Origin: an uncultured Rikenella sp.
Lineage (GTDB): Bacteria; Bacteroidota; Bacteroidia; Bacteroidales; VadinHA17
DNA: 64,000 nt
Direction: 5' to 3'
Assembly: GCA_964535795.1 (NCBI GenBank)
Contig: CAZHTG010000012.1
Location: 3,729 to 67,728, forward strand
Part shown: positions 17,328 through 26,597 of the stretch, in pieces
Position numbering within the stretch: the first letter of the stretch is position 1
Layout: each line of letters starts with the position of its first letter
Notes under the pieces: generated by a model
What the model was told of the DNA's origin: nothing
The model's input: the letters and a program-made list of their open reading frames with translations, nothing else
The model's database searches: none
Made by a program: the position numbers and the translations under genes

Positions 17328-18860
17328 ATGTCAAAAAGAGTTATATTTGGAGCATCGAAATTGCCATCAGATATGCCTTACGATAAAAACAGCCACGAGG
17401 ATTATTTCAGTGAATTCCGCAGGAATATTGTGGGTATTGACCAGGAGTACGCAACGCCTTACGGAATACAGAAGATAATCTACTGCGACTGGATAGCCAG
17501 CGGAAGGATGTACGGACCCATTGAAGCGAAAATGGCCGGCACTTTCGGCCCTTTTGTCGGAAATACCCACACCGAGACCTCGGAGACCGGATCGATGATG
17601 ACATGGGCCTATCACCATGCCCAGGAGAAAATAAAGAGGCATGTAAACGCAGGACCTGGCGATGTACTTATTGCCGCCGGAGCCGGCATGACGGCCGTGA
17701 TTAACAAGTTCCAGAGGATCCTCGGACTGAAGGGATGCAGCTATCCGAGAACAGCCCGCTGCCTCAGCGATACCGAGCGTCCGGTTGTATTTATCACCCA
17801 TCTGGAGCACCATTCAAACCAGACCTCATGGTACGAGACCCTTGCCGATGTGGTGATGATAGAACCCGGCAAGGACCTGACGGTTGACCCTGACAACCTG
17901 CAGAAGGCCCTGGACAAATACAGCGACCGCAGGTTCAAGATAGGATCCTTCTCTGCCTGCTCCAATGTCACGGGGGTTTTCACTCCTTACCACCAACTGG
18001 CACGCATAATGCATGAGAACGGGGGACTCTGCTTCATTGACTTTGCAGCTTCAGCCCCTTATGTTGATATCGACATGCACCCCGCTGAAAGCATTGAGAA
18101 GCTTGATGCCATCTTCTTCTCTCCGCATAAGTTCCTGGGCGGACCCGGATCGTCAGGCATAATGGTCTTCGACAAATCGCTCTACAAGACAACCGTACCG
18201 GACCAGCCCGGTGGCGGGACCGTAGACTGGACCAACCCATGGGGTGAATACAAGTATGTTGACAGCATCGAATCGAGGGAAGATGGCGGCACGCCGGGAT
18301 TCCTCCAGGTGATAAGGGCAGCCCTGGCCATCGAGCTGAAGGAGATGATGGGCACGGATAAAATCCGGGCCAGGGATCAAGAGCTCGTGGAGAGGACCTT
18401 TCAAAGCCTGACTGGAATTGACGGTCTGCATATACTTGCACCTGATTTAAGAAAGAGGCTCGGCGCAGTCTCATTCTATATTGACGGCCTGCATTACAAC
18501 CTGGTGGTCAAGCTGCTCAGTGACAGATACGGGATACAGGTTCGTGGCGGATGCGCCTGCGCCGGAACATACGGCCACTTCCTCCTCGATGTGACCTATG
18601 ACCACAGCCATCGCATCACTGAGATGATCAACAACGGAGACCTTTCAGAGAAACCCGGATGGGTGAGGCTCTCTCTTCATCCCACAATGACAGACGGAGA
18701 GCTCGAAACGGTGATCAGGGCCCTCGGCGAGATAAGGGAAAACGGTGCAGCATGGAGCGCTGACTATAACTATAACAGGAGAACCAACGAGTTTACGCAT
18801 AAGAATGACTCCGGCACAGGCATGGAGAAAGTACGGTCATGGTTTAATCTTCAGAGCTGA
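17328..18860 (+). CDS. aminotransferase class V-fold PLP-dependent enzyme (cysteine desulfurase/selenocysteine lyase-like)
   Basis: SPHKFLGGPGSSG PLP-lysine motif and THLEHHSN. 510 aa. Confidence 0.75.
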   Translation: MSKRVIFGASKLPSDMPYDKNSHEDYFSEFRRNIVGIDQEYATPYGIQKIIYCDWIASGRMYGPIEAKMAGTFGPFVGNTHTETSETGSMMTWAYHHAQEKIKRHVNAGPGDVLIAAGAGMTAVINKFQRILGLKGCSYPRTARCLSDTERPVVFITHLEHHSNQTSWYETLADVVMIEPGKDLTVDPDNLQKALDKYSDRRFKIGSFSACSNVTGVFTPYHQLARIMHENGGLCFIDFAASAPYVDIDMHPAESIEKLDAIFFSPHKFLGGPGSSGIMVFDKSLYKTTVPDQPGGGTVDWTNPWGEYKYVDSIESREDGGTPGFLQVIRAALAIELKEMMGTDKIRARDQELVERTFQSLTGIDGLHILAPDLRKRLGAVSFYIDGLHYNLVVKLLSDRYGIQVRGGCACAGTYGHFLLDVTYDHSHRITEMINNGDLSEKPGWVRLSLHPTMTDGELETVIRALGEIRENGAAWSADYNYNRRTNEFTHKNDSGTGMEKVRSWFNLQS

Positions 18861-18865
18861 CAGAG

Positions 18866-20074
18866 ATGAAAGTAACGGAAGTAAAAACGGAGGCACAGAG
18901 GAAGGAATTCATCAACTTCCCCAAAAAACTCTACAGGGAAGACCCATACTGGGTATCTCCTCTCGACAGCGAGGCCGAATCTGTCTTTGACCCTGACAGA
19001 AACGCCGCTTTCAGTCATGGGGTGGCTACACGCTGGATCCTTTCCGGCGACGACGGCAAGACTATAGGCAGAGTGGCTGCCTTCATTGACGAAGTACGTT
19101 CCCAGGCAAACAGGCAACCCACCGGTGGCTTCGGCTTCTTCGAGGTCATAGAATCGCGCGAAGCAGCCTTCATACTCTTTGATACAGCCAGGGAGTGGCT
19201 CACAGCAAGAGGCATGAAGGCAATGGACGGACCGATCAACTTCGGAGATAATGACAACTACTGGGGACTACTGGTGGAAGGATTCATGCAGCCGGGCTTC
19301 GGGATGCCCTACAACAAGGAATATTACCGGAAATATTTTGAGGAGTACGGGTTCAGGACATACTTTGAACAGTACAGCTATCACAGGGACGTGGCATCAG
19401 TGGAGGTCTTCCCGGAGCGGTTCATGAAGATAGCGGAATGGATCTCGAAGAGGCCCGGGTATACTTACCGCCACTTTGATTACAGCAAACGGGATAAGTT
19501 CGTCGACGATATGGTTGAGATATACAACGCCACCTGGGCGGTCTTCAAGGAGGACTTCACCCCGCTTGACCCGGCAAGAGTGCGGAATACGATGAAGCAG
19601 GCAAAGGCATTCATGGACCCCGAGCTCGTATGGTTCGCCTATCATAATGAAAGACCCGTGGCCTTCTATGTGCTCTTACCTGACCTGAACCAGATAATAA
19701 AACACTTCAACGGCCGCCTGACACCGTGGAACATGATCAGGTTCGTATGGTACAAAATGACCCACAGGATGACACGCGCCAGGGCTCTGGTGGCCGGCGT
19801 GCACCCGTCATACCAGAACAGCGGAATAGAATCGGCTATATTCCTCGAGATCTTCCGCGTATTAAGGAGGAAAAAGTATTATAAGGAGCTCGAACTGTCA
19901 TGGGTGGGCGACTTCAATCCCAAGATGATTTCAATATATGAGGCCATTGGGGCACAGAAGGCAAAGACCCACCTGACCATGAGGTACATGATTGACAACA
20001 CTATCGCATTCAAAATGTACAAGGACGAAATGGAAGAAAACAGGGCCGAACGCCAGGCAAAACTGAAGAGTTGA
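18866..20074 (+). CDS. conserved Bacteroidota hypothetical protein, GNAT/acyl-CoA N-acyltransferase-like
   Basis: 402 aa. The pattern FINFPKKLYREDPYWVSPL...GRVAAFID...GGFGFFE...MDGPINFG is recognised from a widespread uncharacterised family. No catalytic assignment is possible. Confidence 0.5.
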   Translation: MKVTEVKTEAQRKEFINFPKKLYREDPYWVSPLDSEAESVFDPDRNAAFSHGVATRWILSGDDGKTIGRVAAFIDEVRSQANRQPTGGFGFFEVIESREAAFILFDTAREWLTARGMKAMDGPINFGDNDNYWGLLVEGFMQPGFGMPYNKEYYRKYFEEYGFRTYFEQYSYHRDVASVEVFPERFMKIAEWISKRPGYTYRHFDYSKRDKFVDDMVEIYNATWAVFKEDFTPLDPARVRNTMKQAKAFMDPELVWFAYHNERPVAFYVLLPDLNQIIKHFNGRLTPWNMIRFVWYKMTHRMTRARALVAGVHPSYQNSGIESAIFLEIFRVLRRKKYYKELELSWVGDFNPKMISIYEAIGAQKAKTHLTMRYMIDNTIAFKMYKDEMEENRAERQAKLKS

Positions 20075-20092
20075 ATTTTTTTTATCTCTGCT

Positions 20093-20123
20093 TTTGTATT
20101 TTTCTTAATGTTCATTATCTTTG
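20093..20123 (+). promoter_or_regulatory. Bacteroidota sigma-A promoter (TTTG-N19-TAnnTTTG) of rpmE2
   Basis: TTTG at 20093-20096 and TATCTTTG at 20116-20123. Confidence 0.55.
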
Positions 20124-20173
20124 CACTCCCTTGGAAAAGGGATTTTGCGAACAGTAACAAACTATATCAGAAG

Positions 20174-20440
20174 ATGAAAGAAGGTATACACCCGAAGAAT
20201 TACAGGATGGTTGTATTTCAGGATATGTCAAACGGTACTGCATTTATAACCCGTTCAACAGCCGCCTCACGTGATACCATCAAATGGGAGGACGGAAATG
20301 AATATCCGCTCATCAAGCTTGAGATATCCAACACGTCTCATCCTTTCTATACAGGCAAGATGAAGCTTGTTGACACTGCAGGAAGGGTAGACAAGTATAT
20401 GAACCGTTACAAGAGTCACCTTGACAAGAAGTCGAAGTAG
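20174..20440 (+). CDS. rpmE2: 50S ribosomal protein L31 type B
   Basis: [17 protein letters not shown]...SHPFYTGK with no CxxC zinc motif. The track start at 20108 is rejected. Confidence 0.9.
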   Translation: MKEGIHPKNYRMVVFQDMSNGTAFITRSTAASRDTIKWEDGNEYPLIKLEISNTSHPFYTGKMKLVDTAGRVDKYMNRYKSHLDKKSK

Positions 20441-20460
20441 GTGACCTTCATAAACAGGGG

Positions 20461-20490
20461 AGCTGCCTTGAACAGGGCGGCTTTTTTTTT
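20461..20490 (+). terminator. rho-independent terminator of rpmE2
   Basis: Stem agctgcc/ggcggct followed by T9. Confidence 0.7.
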
Positions 20491-20548
20491 GTTATCGGGT
20501 CATGGATCTCCCTCGCAGCAAGGAGGAAGGGTGTAAGATATAATTAAC

Positions 20549-20556
20549 TAAATTTG
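20549..20556 (+). promoter_or_regulatory. -7 box (TAAATTTG) upstream of lon
   Basis: Exact TAnnTTTG match 18 nt before the ATG. Confidence 0.4.
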
Positions 20557-20573
20557 CACAGTTTATACCAGGT

Positions 20574-23036
20574 ATGGAGAAAAAGGTTTTCAGGAAGTGG
20601 GATAGTGTCGGTTTTCAGGAGCTGATTGATGAGGGGAGAGAGATAATACCAATTCTTTCTGACGGTGATGATCAGGAGCTTGAGGAGGTGGAGATACCCG
20701 GCAGTGTGCCCCTGCTGCCACTGCGCAATACCGTGCTTTTCCCCGGAGTGGTGATACCCATAGCTGTCGGACGATCCAAGTCTGTTCAGCTGGTGCGCGA
20801 GGCCTACCGCGGTGACAAGCTTGTTGCTGCTGTGGCGCAGCTTGATGCCGAGATTGAGGATCCGCAGTTGCGCGACCTGAATGTTGTGGGTACCCTGGGC
20901 CAGGTGGTCAAGCTGCTGGAGATGCCTGACGGCACCACCACAGCCATCATCCAGGGACGCAGGCGCGTTTCAATCATGAACGTCCTGCAGACCGTTCCAT
21001 ACATGACGGCACATGTAAAGGCCATACCTGAAGCAAGAGGCGGTGAGGACGAAAAGGATTTCGATGTAATAATAGGTTCACTCAAGGACCTGTCGGTTAA
21101 GATCGTCAAACTCAACCCGAACATCAATCCCGAAGCTTCCTTCGCGGTTAAGAACATCGAAAACAGCACCTACCTCATAAACTACATCTGTGCCAATACC
21201 GAGATCAACGTAAACGACAAGCAGAAGCTGCTTGAGGCAACTACCCTCAGGGAACGCGGGATGAGGCTGCTGGAACACCTGGTGCGTGAGATCCAGCTCC
21301 TTGAGCTGAAGAATGAACTGCAGTCGAAGGTCAAATATGAAATAGACCAGCAACAGCGGGAGTTCCTTCTCCACCAGCAGATGAAGACCATCCAGAATGA
21401 GCTGGGAGGCAACCCTGTAGAGAAGGAGGTTGAGGAGTTCCGCCAGAGGGGTACGAAGAAACTTTGGGGCGAGGACGTTGCAAAGGTATTCAACCGTGAG
21501 CTCGACAAGCTCGCGAGGCTTAACCCTGCGGCTGCCGAATACTCGGTCCAGGTGAACTACATACAGACTCTCCTGGAGCTGCCATGGAATGAGTACACCA
21601 GTGATAATCTCGACCTCACCAACGCCCAGCGTGTGCTCGATGAGGATCACTACGGTCTCGAGGAGGTGAAGGAGCGGATACTTGAACATCTCGCGGTGCT
21701 GAAGCTCAAGGGTGACCTTAAGTCGCCCATACTGTGCCTCTACGGTCCTCCCGGCGTGGGCAAGACCTCTCTCGGCAAATCCGTCGCCCGCGCCCTCGAC
21801 CGCAAGTATGCACGCATGTCGCTCGGCGGGCTCCATGACGAGGCGGAGATAAGAGGCCACCGCAAGACTTACATAGGAGCCATGCCGGGGAGGGTGGTGC
21901 AGAGTATACGCAGGGCCGGATCATCGAACCCGGTATTTATCCTTGACGAGATTGACAAGGTGGGCCAGGATTTCAGGGGGGATCCCTCCTCAGCCCTGCT
22001 CGAGGTACTTGACCCGGAGCAGAACACTCATTTTTACGATAACTTCCTTGAACTGGAGTTCGACCTCTCAAAGGTACTCTTCATTGCAACCGCCAACACC
22101 CTGGCAACGGTCAGCCCTGCCCTCCGTGACAGGATGGAGTTGATAGAGATATCAGGATACCTGGTTGAGGAGAAGAGGGAGATAGCCATAAGGCACCTCA
22201 TCCCCAAACAGCTTGAGGCTCACGGCGTCACTGAAGAACAGTTCCTTCTCCCCGGAGAGGTGATAGAGGATGTCATCCAGAAATACACGCGCGAATCGGG
22301 AGTCCGGGAGCTTGACAAGAGGATCGCCAAGCTGGTCAGGTTCAGGGCCAGGGAGATAGCCTTTAACAACACCCCTGAGGCTGAACTGACAAAGGGAAAA
22401 GTGGCAGAAATACTCGGATCGCCAAAGTATCTCAAAGATATCTATGACGGCAATGACCAGGCCGGTGTCGTTACCGGTCTTGCCTGGACAGCCACGGGGG
22501 GTGAGATCCTCTTCGTTGAGACCAGCCTCAGCAGGGGGAAGGGCAACCTGACGCTGACAGGAAACCTGGGTGATGTCATGAAGGAGTCCGCAGTGATCGC
22601 CCTGGAATACCTGAAGGCTCATGCTTCGCTGCTCGGGCTTCCCGAGACATTCTCCGAAAAATGGAATATTCATATTCATGTTCCCGAAGGGGCAATCCCC
22701 AAGGACGGTCCTTCGGCAGGCATCACCATGGCCGTCTCTGTCGCCTCCGCCTTCACCCAGAGAAAGGTCAGAAAGTATGTGGCCATGACGGGTGAGATAA
22801 CCCTGCGGGGCAAAGTTCTTCCCGTAGGCGGCATAAAGGAGAAGATACTGGCGGCAAAAAGAGCCGGTATAAAGGAGATTGTGCTCTCGGAGCAGAACCG
22901 CAAGGATGTTGAGGAGATAAATGAGAAGTATGTCCGCGGGCTGAAATTCAGGTATGTTGACACCATCATGAATGTGATTGATCATGTGCTGCTGCAGCAG
23001 AAGGTGACCAACGCAAGGATAATTGAATTTGAATAA
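20574..23036 (+). CDS. lon: ATP-dependent Lon protease (endopeptidase La)
   Basis: LON N-terminal domain, Walker A GPPGVGKTS and protease motif DGPSAGITM. 820 aa. Confidence 0.97.
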   Translation: MEKKVFRKWDSVGFQELIDEGREIIPILSDGDDQELEEVEIPGSVPLLPLRNTVLFPGVVIPIAVGRSKSVQLVREAYRGDKLVAAVAQLDAEIEDPQLRDLNVVGTLGQVVKLLEMPDGTTTAIIQGRRRVSIMNVLQTVPYMTAHVKAIPEARGGEDEKDFDVIIGSLKDLSVKIVKLNPNINPEASFAVKNIENSTYLINYICANTEINVNDKQKLLEATTLRERGMRLLEHLVREIQLLELKNELQSKVKYEIDQQQREFLLHQQMKTIQNELGGNPVEKEVEEFRQRGTKKLWGEDVAKVFNRELDKLARLNPAAAEYSVQVNYIQTLLELPWNEYTSDNLDLTNAQRVLDEDHYGLEEVKERILEHLAVLKLKGDLKSPILCLYGPPGVGKTSLGKSVARALDRKYARMSLGGLHDEAEIRGHRKTYIGAMPGRVVQSIRRAGSSNPVFILDEIDKVGQDFRGDPSSALLEVLDPEQNTHFYDNFLELEFDLSKVLFIATANTLATVSPALRDRMELIEISGYLVEEKREIAIRHLIPKQLEAHGVTEEQFLLPGEVIEDVIQKYTRESGVRELDKRIAKLVRFRAREIAFNNTPEAELTKGKVAEILGSPKYLKDIYDGNDQAGVVTGLAWTATGGEILFVETSLSRGKGNLTLTGNLGDVMKESAVIALEYLKAHASLLGLPETFSEKWNIHIHVPEGAIPKDGPSAGITMAVSVASAFTQRKVRKYVAMTGEITLRGKVLPVGGIKEKILAAKRAGIKEIVLSEQNRKDVEEINEKYVRGLKFRYVDTIMNVIDHVLLQQKVTNARIIEFE

Positions 23037-23053
23037 CAGATATACCTTCCGTC

Positions 23054-23530
23054 ATGAACAAAATCGCCGTTTTTCCCGGTTCATTCGATCCGTTTACCGT
23101 AGGTCATGAAGCACTTGTGAAAAGAGCCCTGCCGCTGTTTGACAAGGTGATTATTGCCGTCGGTGAGAACGCAGAGAAGAAGAACCTGTTCAGCATAGAG
23201 ATGAGGACCAGGATGATCTCAAAGGTCTTTGAGGGGGAGAGCCGGGTGGAGATCACCAGGTTCAACGGGCTGACAGTAGAGTTCTGCCGCAGCCATCATG
23301 CCCGCTACATCATAAGAGGACTGCGCACGGCTGCTGATTTCGAATACGAGAGGGCCATGGGGCACATGAACTGGAAGATGGCTCCCGAGATCGATACCAT
23401 CTTCCTGCTTACCAGTACCGAGCATACACCTGTAAACTCAACCATAGTGCGTGAGATAATCAGGTACGGAGGAGATGCCTCGATGTTCGTCCCCTCATCA
23501 ATTGACATAAACGATTACCTCGGTAAGTGA
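23054..23530 (+). CDS. coaD: pantetheine-phosphate adenylyltransferase
   Basis: AVFPGSFDPFTVGHEALV nucleotidyltransferase motif. 158 aa. Confidence 0.93.
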   Translation: MNKIAVFPGSFDPFTVGHEALVKRALPLFDKVIIAVGENAEKKNLFSIEMRTRMISKVFEGESRVEITRFNGLTVEFCRSHHARYIIRGLRTAADFEYERAMGHMNWKMAPEIDTIFLLTSTEHTPVNSTIVREIIRYGGDASMFVPSSIDINDYLGK

Positions 23531-23575
23531 TTGTTTTACCCTGACAGGGCAGTCCTGCTTCCTGACGTAAGATGA

Positions 23576-24193
23576 TTACTTCACCCTCAGTGTGTAATGG
23601 AGCAGGTCAAGCAGCGACTGGAAGGTGTTTGACTTGATTCGCGCTATCTCTGCGGGGGCAAGCCACTCGGCGTGAGTGATACCCTCCTCTGCCTGCGGCT
23701 CTGTTATCATTTCGCCGTCGTAGCTCATGCGGAACCACCAGGTCTTTTTCATGTGCGGTTTGTTGTCATAAAGATAGGTATGGTAGCTCGGAGGCAGTGT
23801 ACCTTCGATCCTGTGGCCCCTGATGTTGCACTCCTCCGTCACCTCCCTGAGAGCGCATTCCTCCGGTGTCTCGCCCTCTTCAAGGTGTCCCTTCGGAAGA
23901 TCCCACCGGCCGTAACGCATGATAAAGAGGTATTTGTCTGAGGGATGTTTTATCAGTCCGCCAGCTGCCTCAATTACCGTAAACCATGACGAGAATACCT
24001 TCCAGAGATTGTTGATATCCGATGAATAAATATTCAGCGAGGGTATGTCAATATTGACGGCAAACTGTGATATTTGAGCGAACAGCTCCTCCTCCACATT
24101 GTATTTATGGAAAAGAGCGTATTTTTGAACCCTGTCGGGCTCGGAGGAAAGTGTTATAACCCTGTTGTCAAAATATATTTTATACCTCAGCAT
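23576..24193 (-). CDS. NUDIX hydrolase with N-terminal accessory domain
   Basis: Nudix box GHLEEGETPEECALREVTEECN. The start at MLRYKIYF is preferred over the track start at 24235. Confidence 0.8.
   Translation of the reverse strand: MLRYKIYFDNRVITLSSEPDRVQKYALFHKYNVEEELFAQISQFAVNIDIPSLNIYSSDINNLWKVFSSWFTVIEAAGGLIKHPSDKYLFIMRYGRWDLPKGHLEEGETPEECALREVTEECNIRGHRIEGTLPPSYHTYLYDNKPHMKKTWWFRMSYDGEMITEPQAEEGITHAEWLAPAEIARIKSNTFQSLLDLLHYTLRVK
24120..24127 (+). promoter_or_regulatory. -7 box (TATTTTTG) for pyrE, embedded in the divergent NUDIX coding sequence
   Basis: Exact TAnnTTTG match 67 nt upstream of the pyrE ATG. Confidence 0.35.
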
Positions 24194-24835
24194 ATGGACG
24201 ATACAGCTAAGAAAACTGCAGAATACCTGCTGCAAATTAAAGCAATTAAATTACAACCCGCAAAACCTTTTACATGGGCTTCAGGCTGGAGATCGCCCAT
24301 CTACTGTGACAATCGCATGACCCTCTCTTTCCCGGAGGTCCGCGGTTACATCAGGGATGCCTTTGCCGACAGAGTCAGGAAGCTATATCCTGATGTCGGG
24401 CTTATAGCCGGAGTCGCCACCGGTGCCATAGCCCACGGAGCCCTGGTGGCTGACCGCCTGGGGCTGCCTTTTATTTATGTCAGGACAGGAGCAAAGGATC
24501 ACGGGCTCGGAAACCAGATAGAGGGTCACTTCGAAAAGGGGCAAAGAGTCGTGGTGATCGAGGACCTTATCTCTACCGGCGGAAGCAGCCTGGGAGCGGT
24601 GAGGGTGCTCCGCGAGGCGGGATGCGAGGTGCTGGGGATGATCGCCATTTTCACCTACGGCTTTGGCAAAGCCACAGAGGCATTTGCCAACGAGGGATGC
24701 AGGCTTGATACTCTCAGTAACTATAGTGTGCTGGTAGATTTAGCAGCAACATCGGGGTATATAACTGAAGGAGATGTGGATACACTGAAGGAGTGGCGCA
24801 GGGAACCCTCGGTGTGGGGGCAGGGAGAGAAGTGA
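24194..24835 (+). CDS. pyrE: orotate phosphoribosyltransferase
   Basis: FTWASGWRSPIYCDNR and the PRPP motif VVVIEDLISTGGS. The start at MDDTAKK is preferred. Confidence 0.92.
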   Translation: MDDTAKKTAEYLLQIKAIKLQPAKPFTWASGWRSPIYCDNRMTLSFPEVRGYIRDAFADRVRKLYPDVGLIAGVATGAIAHGALVADRLGLPFIYVRTGAKDHGLGNQIEGHFEKGQRVVVIEDLISTGGSSLGAVRVLREAGCEVLGMIAIFTYGFGKATEAFANEGCRLDTLSNYSVLVDLAATSGYITEGDVDTLKEWRREPSVWGQGEK

Positions 24836-24875
24836 AAGTCCTTAAAGTCGAAAGTCAACCGGATAAAATGATAAG

Positions 24876-25322
24876 ATGAGCCCAATTACAACATATACCA
24901 GCAGGAAGGGTGAGGTGCCCTGCGGCGACGCCGATATATATGCCTTCCTCACAGACATGCGCAACCTGCAGACAGTTGCCCCGGACGGATTGCTGACCGA
25001 CTGGCAGGCCACGGAAGATCATTGCAGCTTTAAAATTGAGAAGGCAGGCAGGATATCGGTCTCGCTTTCGGAGGCACTGCCTCATTCAATGATAACTTAT
25101 GACGCGGAGACATTCCTGACAGGAAAAATGTCAATAAAGGTGTCAATCGAATACATAACCGGTATGAGATCGGCGTTTCACCTCACCGCCGGAGTAAAAA
25201 TGAATCCTATAATGAAGATGTTAGTGGGTGATTCTGCCGGCAGGTACCTTGACAGCCTGATAGATGCAATTGAGTCTTACGGGGGATATGACAAGGTCAG
25301 GGGATGTAATCAATCTCCTTGA
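24876..25322 (+). CDS. SRPBCC/START-like family protein
   Basis: 148 aa with the conserved Bacteroidota position next to pyrE. The fold assignment rests on family recollection only. Confidence 0.5.
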   Translation: MSPITTYTSRKGEVPCGDADIYAFLTDMRNLQTVAPDGLLTDWQATEDHCSFKIEKAGRISVSLSEALPHSMITYDAETFLTGKMSIKVSIEYITGMRSAFHLTAGVKMNPIMKMLVGDSAGRYLDSLIDAIESYGGYDKVRGCNQSP

Positions 25323-26037
25323 ATGCATACATCTCCCTCTTCCCCTCTTTCCTTATCACTGCCAGCATCCCGTCTGGCATGACACGTTCGATCATACCTT
25401 CAAATTCACCGCCGTCATCGGTGTACCTGTGCCATTCACCAGACCTGTAAAGCACTTCATGATAATCTTTTGCCAGGGCTATCGTTTCACCCTTTATGAT
25501 CATGCGGTACCTGCTGTCAAGAAGGCTTGTAAGCATTCCGGTCACGGCCTGAAGGTCGTGGCCTGTGCCTGTTACAGATGCCAGTGATACGGGATTAGGG
25601 GCTCCGCTCCTGAAGACTGTCTGGTTGACGTTAAGCCCGATTCCCGCTACGGTGCTGCCAAGCATGTCACCCATGATGGTGTTCTCAATCAGAATTCCTG
25701 CTATTTTGTCATCCCTGACATAAATATCATTGGGCCATTTTATCCTTGCTTCCGTGGTGTGGAGAGCCACCAGGTCATGCACGGCAAGAGAGACCATCTG
25801 CGAAATAACAAACTGCTCCGCAGGCTTTATCATGACCGGGTACAGTATAACGCTCATCAGCAGGTTGCTGCCCGGTTCGCTCTCCCAGCTGTTACCGGAC
25901 TGTCCTCTTCCGCTCTCCTGGAATGATGCCGTAATCACGGTTCCCTCCGGAGGCTTTGACTCACGCAGCAGGGCAGCAGCCACCGTGTTTGTTGATGACA
26001 CTTTTTCATAGCGCCTGACAGATGATCCTATAATCAT
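25297..26037 (-). CDS. birA: biotin--[acetyl-CoA-carboxylase] ligase (group I, no HTH)
   Basis: GRGQSGNSWES and KWPNDIYV motifs. 247 aa from MIIGSS. Its 3' end overlaps the convergent SRPBCC gene by 26 nt. Confidence 0.88.
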   Translation of the reverse strand: MIIGSSVRRYEKVSSTNTVAAALLRESKPPEGTVITASFQESGRGQSGNSWESEPGSNLLMSVILYPVMIKPAEQFVISQMVSLAVHDLVALHTTEARIKWPNDIYVRDDKIAGILIENTIMGDMLGSTVAGIGLNVNQTVFRSGAPNPVSLASVTGTGHDLQAVTGMLTSLLDSRYRMIIKGETIALAKDYHEVLYRSGEWHRYTDDGGEFEGMIERVMPDGMLAVIRKEGKREMYAFKEIDYIP

Positions 26038-26204
26038 GATGAACAGATGTTTGCGATGTTCATTGTATTGAAAACCGGCGCTTTTGTCCGGGCAGCCCGA
26101 ATTGGCACCCTTATTGTAAAAAGAGTAAGCGCCGGACAAAAATACGGATAAATGTTCGTAATTTTGCGGCAGTTAACAGGAACTGTTTATTACTGAAAAG
26201 ATTA

Positions 26205-26591
26205 TTGATGAGAAAAGCCGGAAAAGAGGCCACCCGGATGACGGAGAGCATTATTAAGGGTTTGTTTGAGAAAAAGGGAGAGAGGGTGGCCCTGATCGAT
26301 CTGAGGAATATCGAAAGCAGGGTATGTGACTGGTTCATTATAAGTCACGCCGCATCAACAAGACAGGTTGATTCACTGGCCTGGTCGGTAGAGGATGTGG
26401 TGAGAAAGGAGACTGGCAGGAAACCCTATCATATTGAAGGAAGAGAAAACTGCATGTGGATCCTGCTCGATTACGGTGATATTCTCGTCCATATTTTTCA
26501 GCAGCCTTACAGGGAGTTTTACGACCTGGAGTCGTTATGGGCTGATGGCAGTGTAACGTTCCCCGTGGATCAGACAGAAAAGAAAGGTTAA
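26205..26591 (+). CDS. rsfS: ribosome silencing factor RsfS (iojap-like)
   Basis: CDWFIISHAASTRQV...ILLDYGDILVHIFQ...YDLESLW. An alternative start lies at 26238. Confidence 0.88.
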   Translation: MMRKAGKEATRMTESIIKGLFEKKGERVALIDLRNIESRVCDWFIISHAASTRQVDSLAWSVEDVVRKETGRKPYHIEGRENCMWILLDYGDILVHIFQQPYREFYDLESLWADGSVTFPVDQTEKKG

Positions 26592-26597
26592 TGAGAT

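Noticed and set aside
20108-20173. Upstream extension of the L31 ORF ([22 protein letters not shown]).
   Set aside because: It overlaps the TTTG/TATCTTTG promoter, and L31 proteins begin MKxGIHP.
21078-22985. Long antisense ORFs inside lon (21078-21860, 260 aa; 22152-22985, 277 aa). Similar ones occur inside ftsH (27089-27970), cydA (34359-35081), the EBP gene (49388-50113), the ABC genes (51642-52274) and the SusC-like gene (14624-15289).
   Set aside because: They lie opposite genes with unmistakable conserved motifs, have low-complexity Arg/Ser/Pro/Gly-rich translations and no recognisable domains. These are typical shadow ORFs of moderately GC-rich coding DNA.
24074-24235. Longer starts for pyrE (24074) and the NUDIX gene (24235), which would give a 162-nt head-to-head overlap.
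   Set aside because: The extensions have no similarity to the respective families. The family-consistent Met codons abut at 24193/24194.
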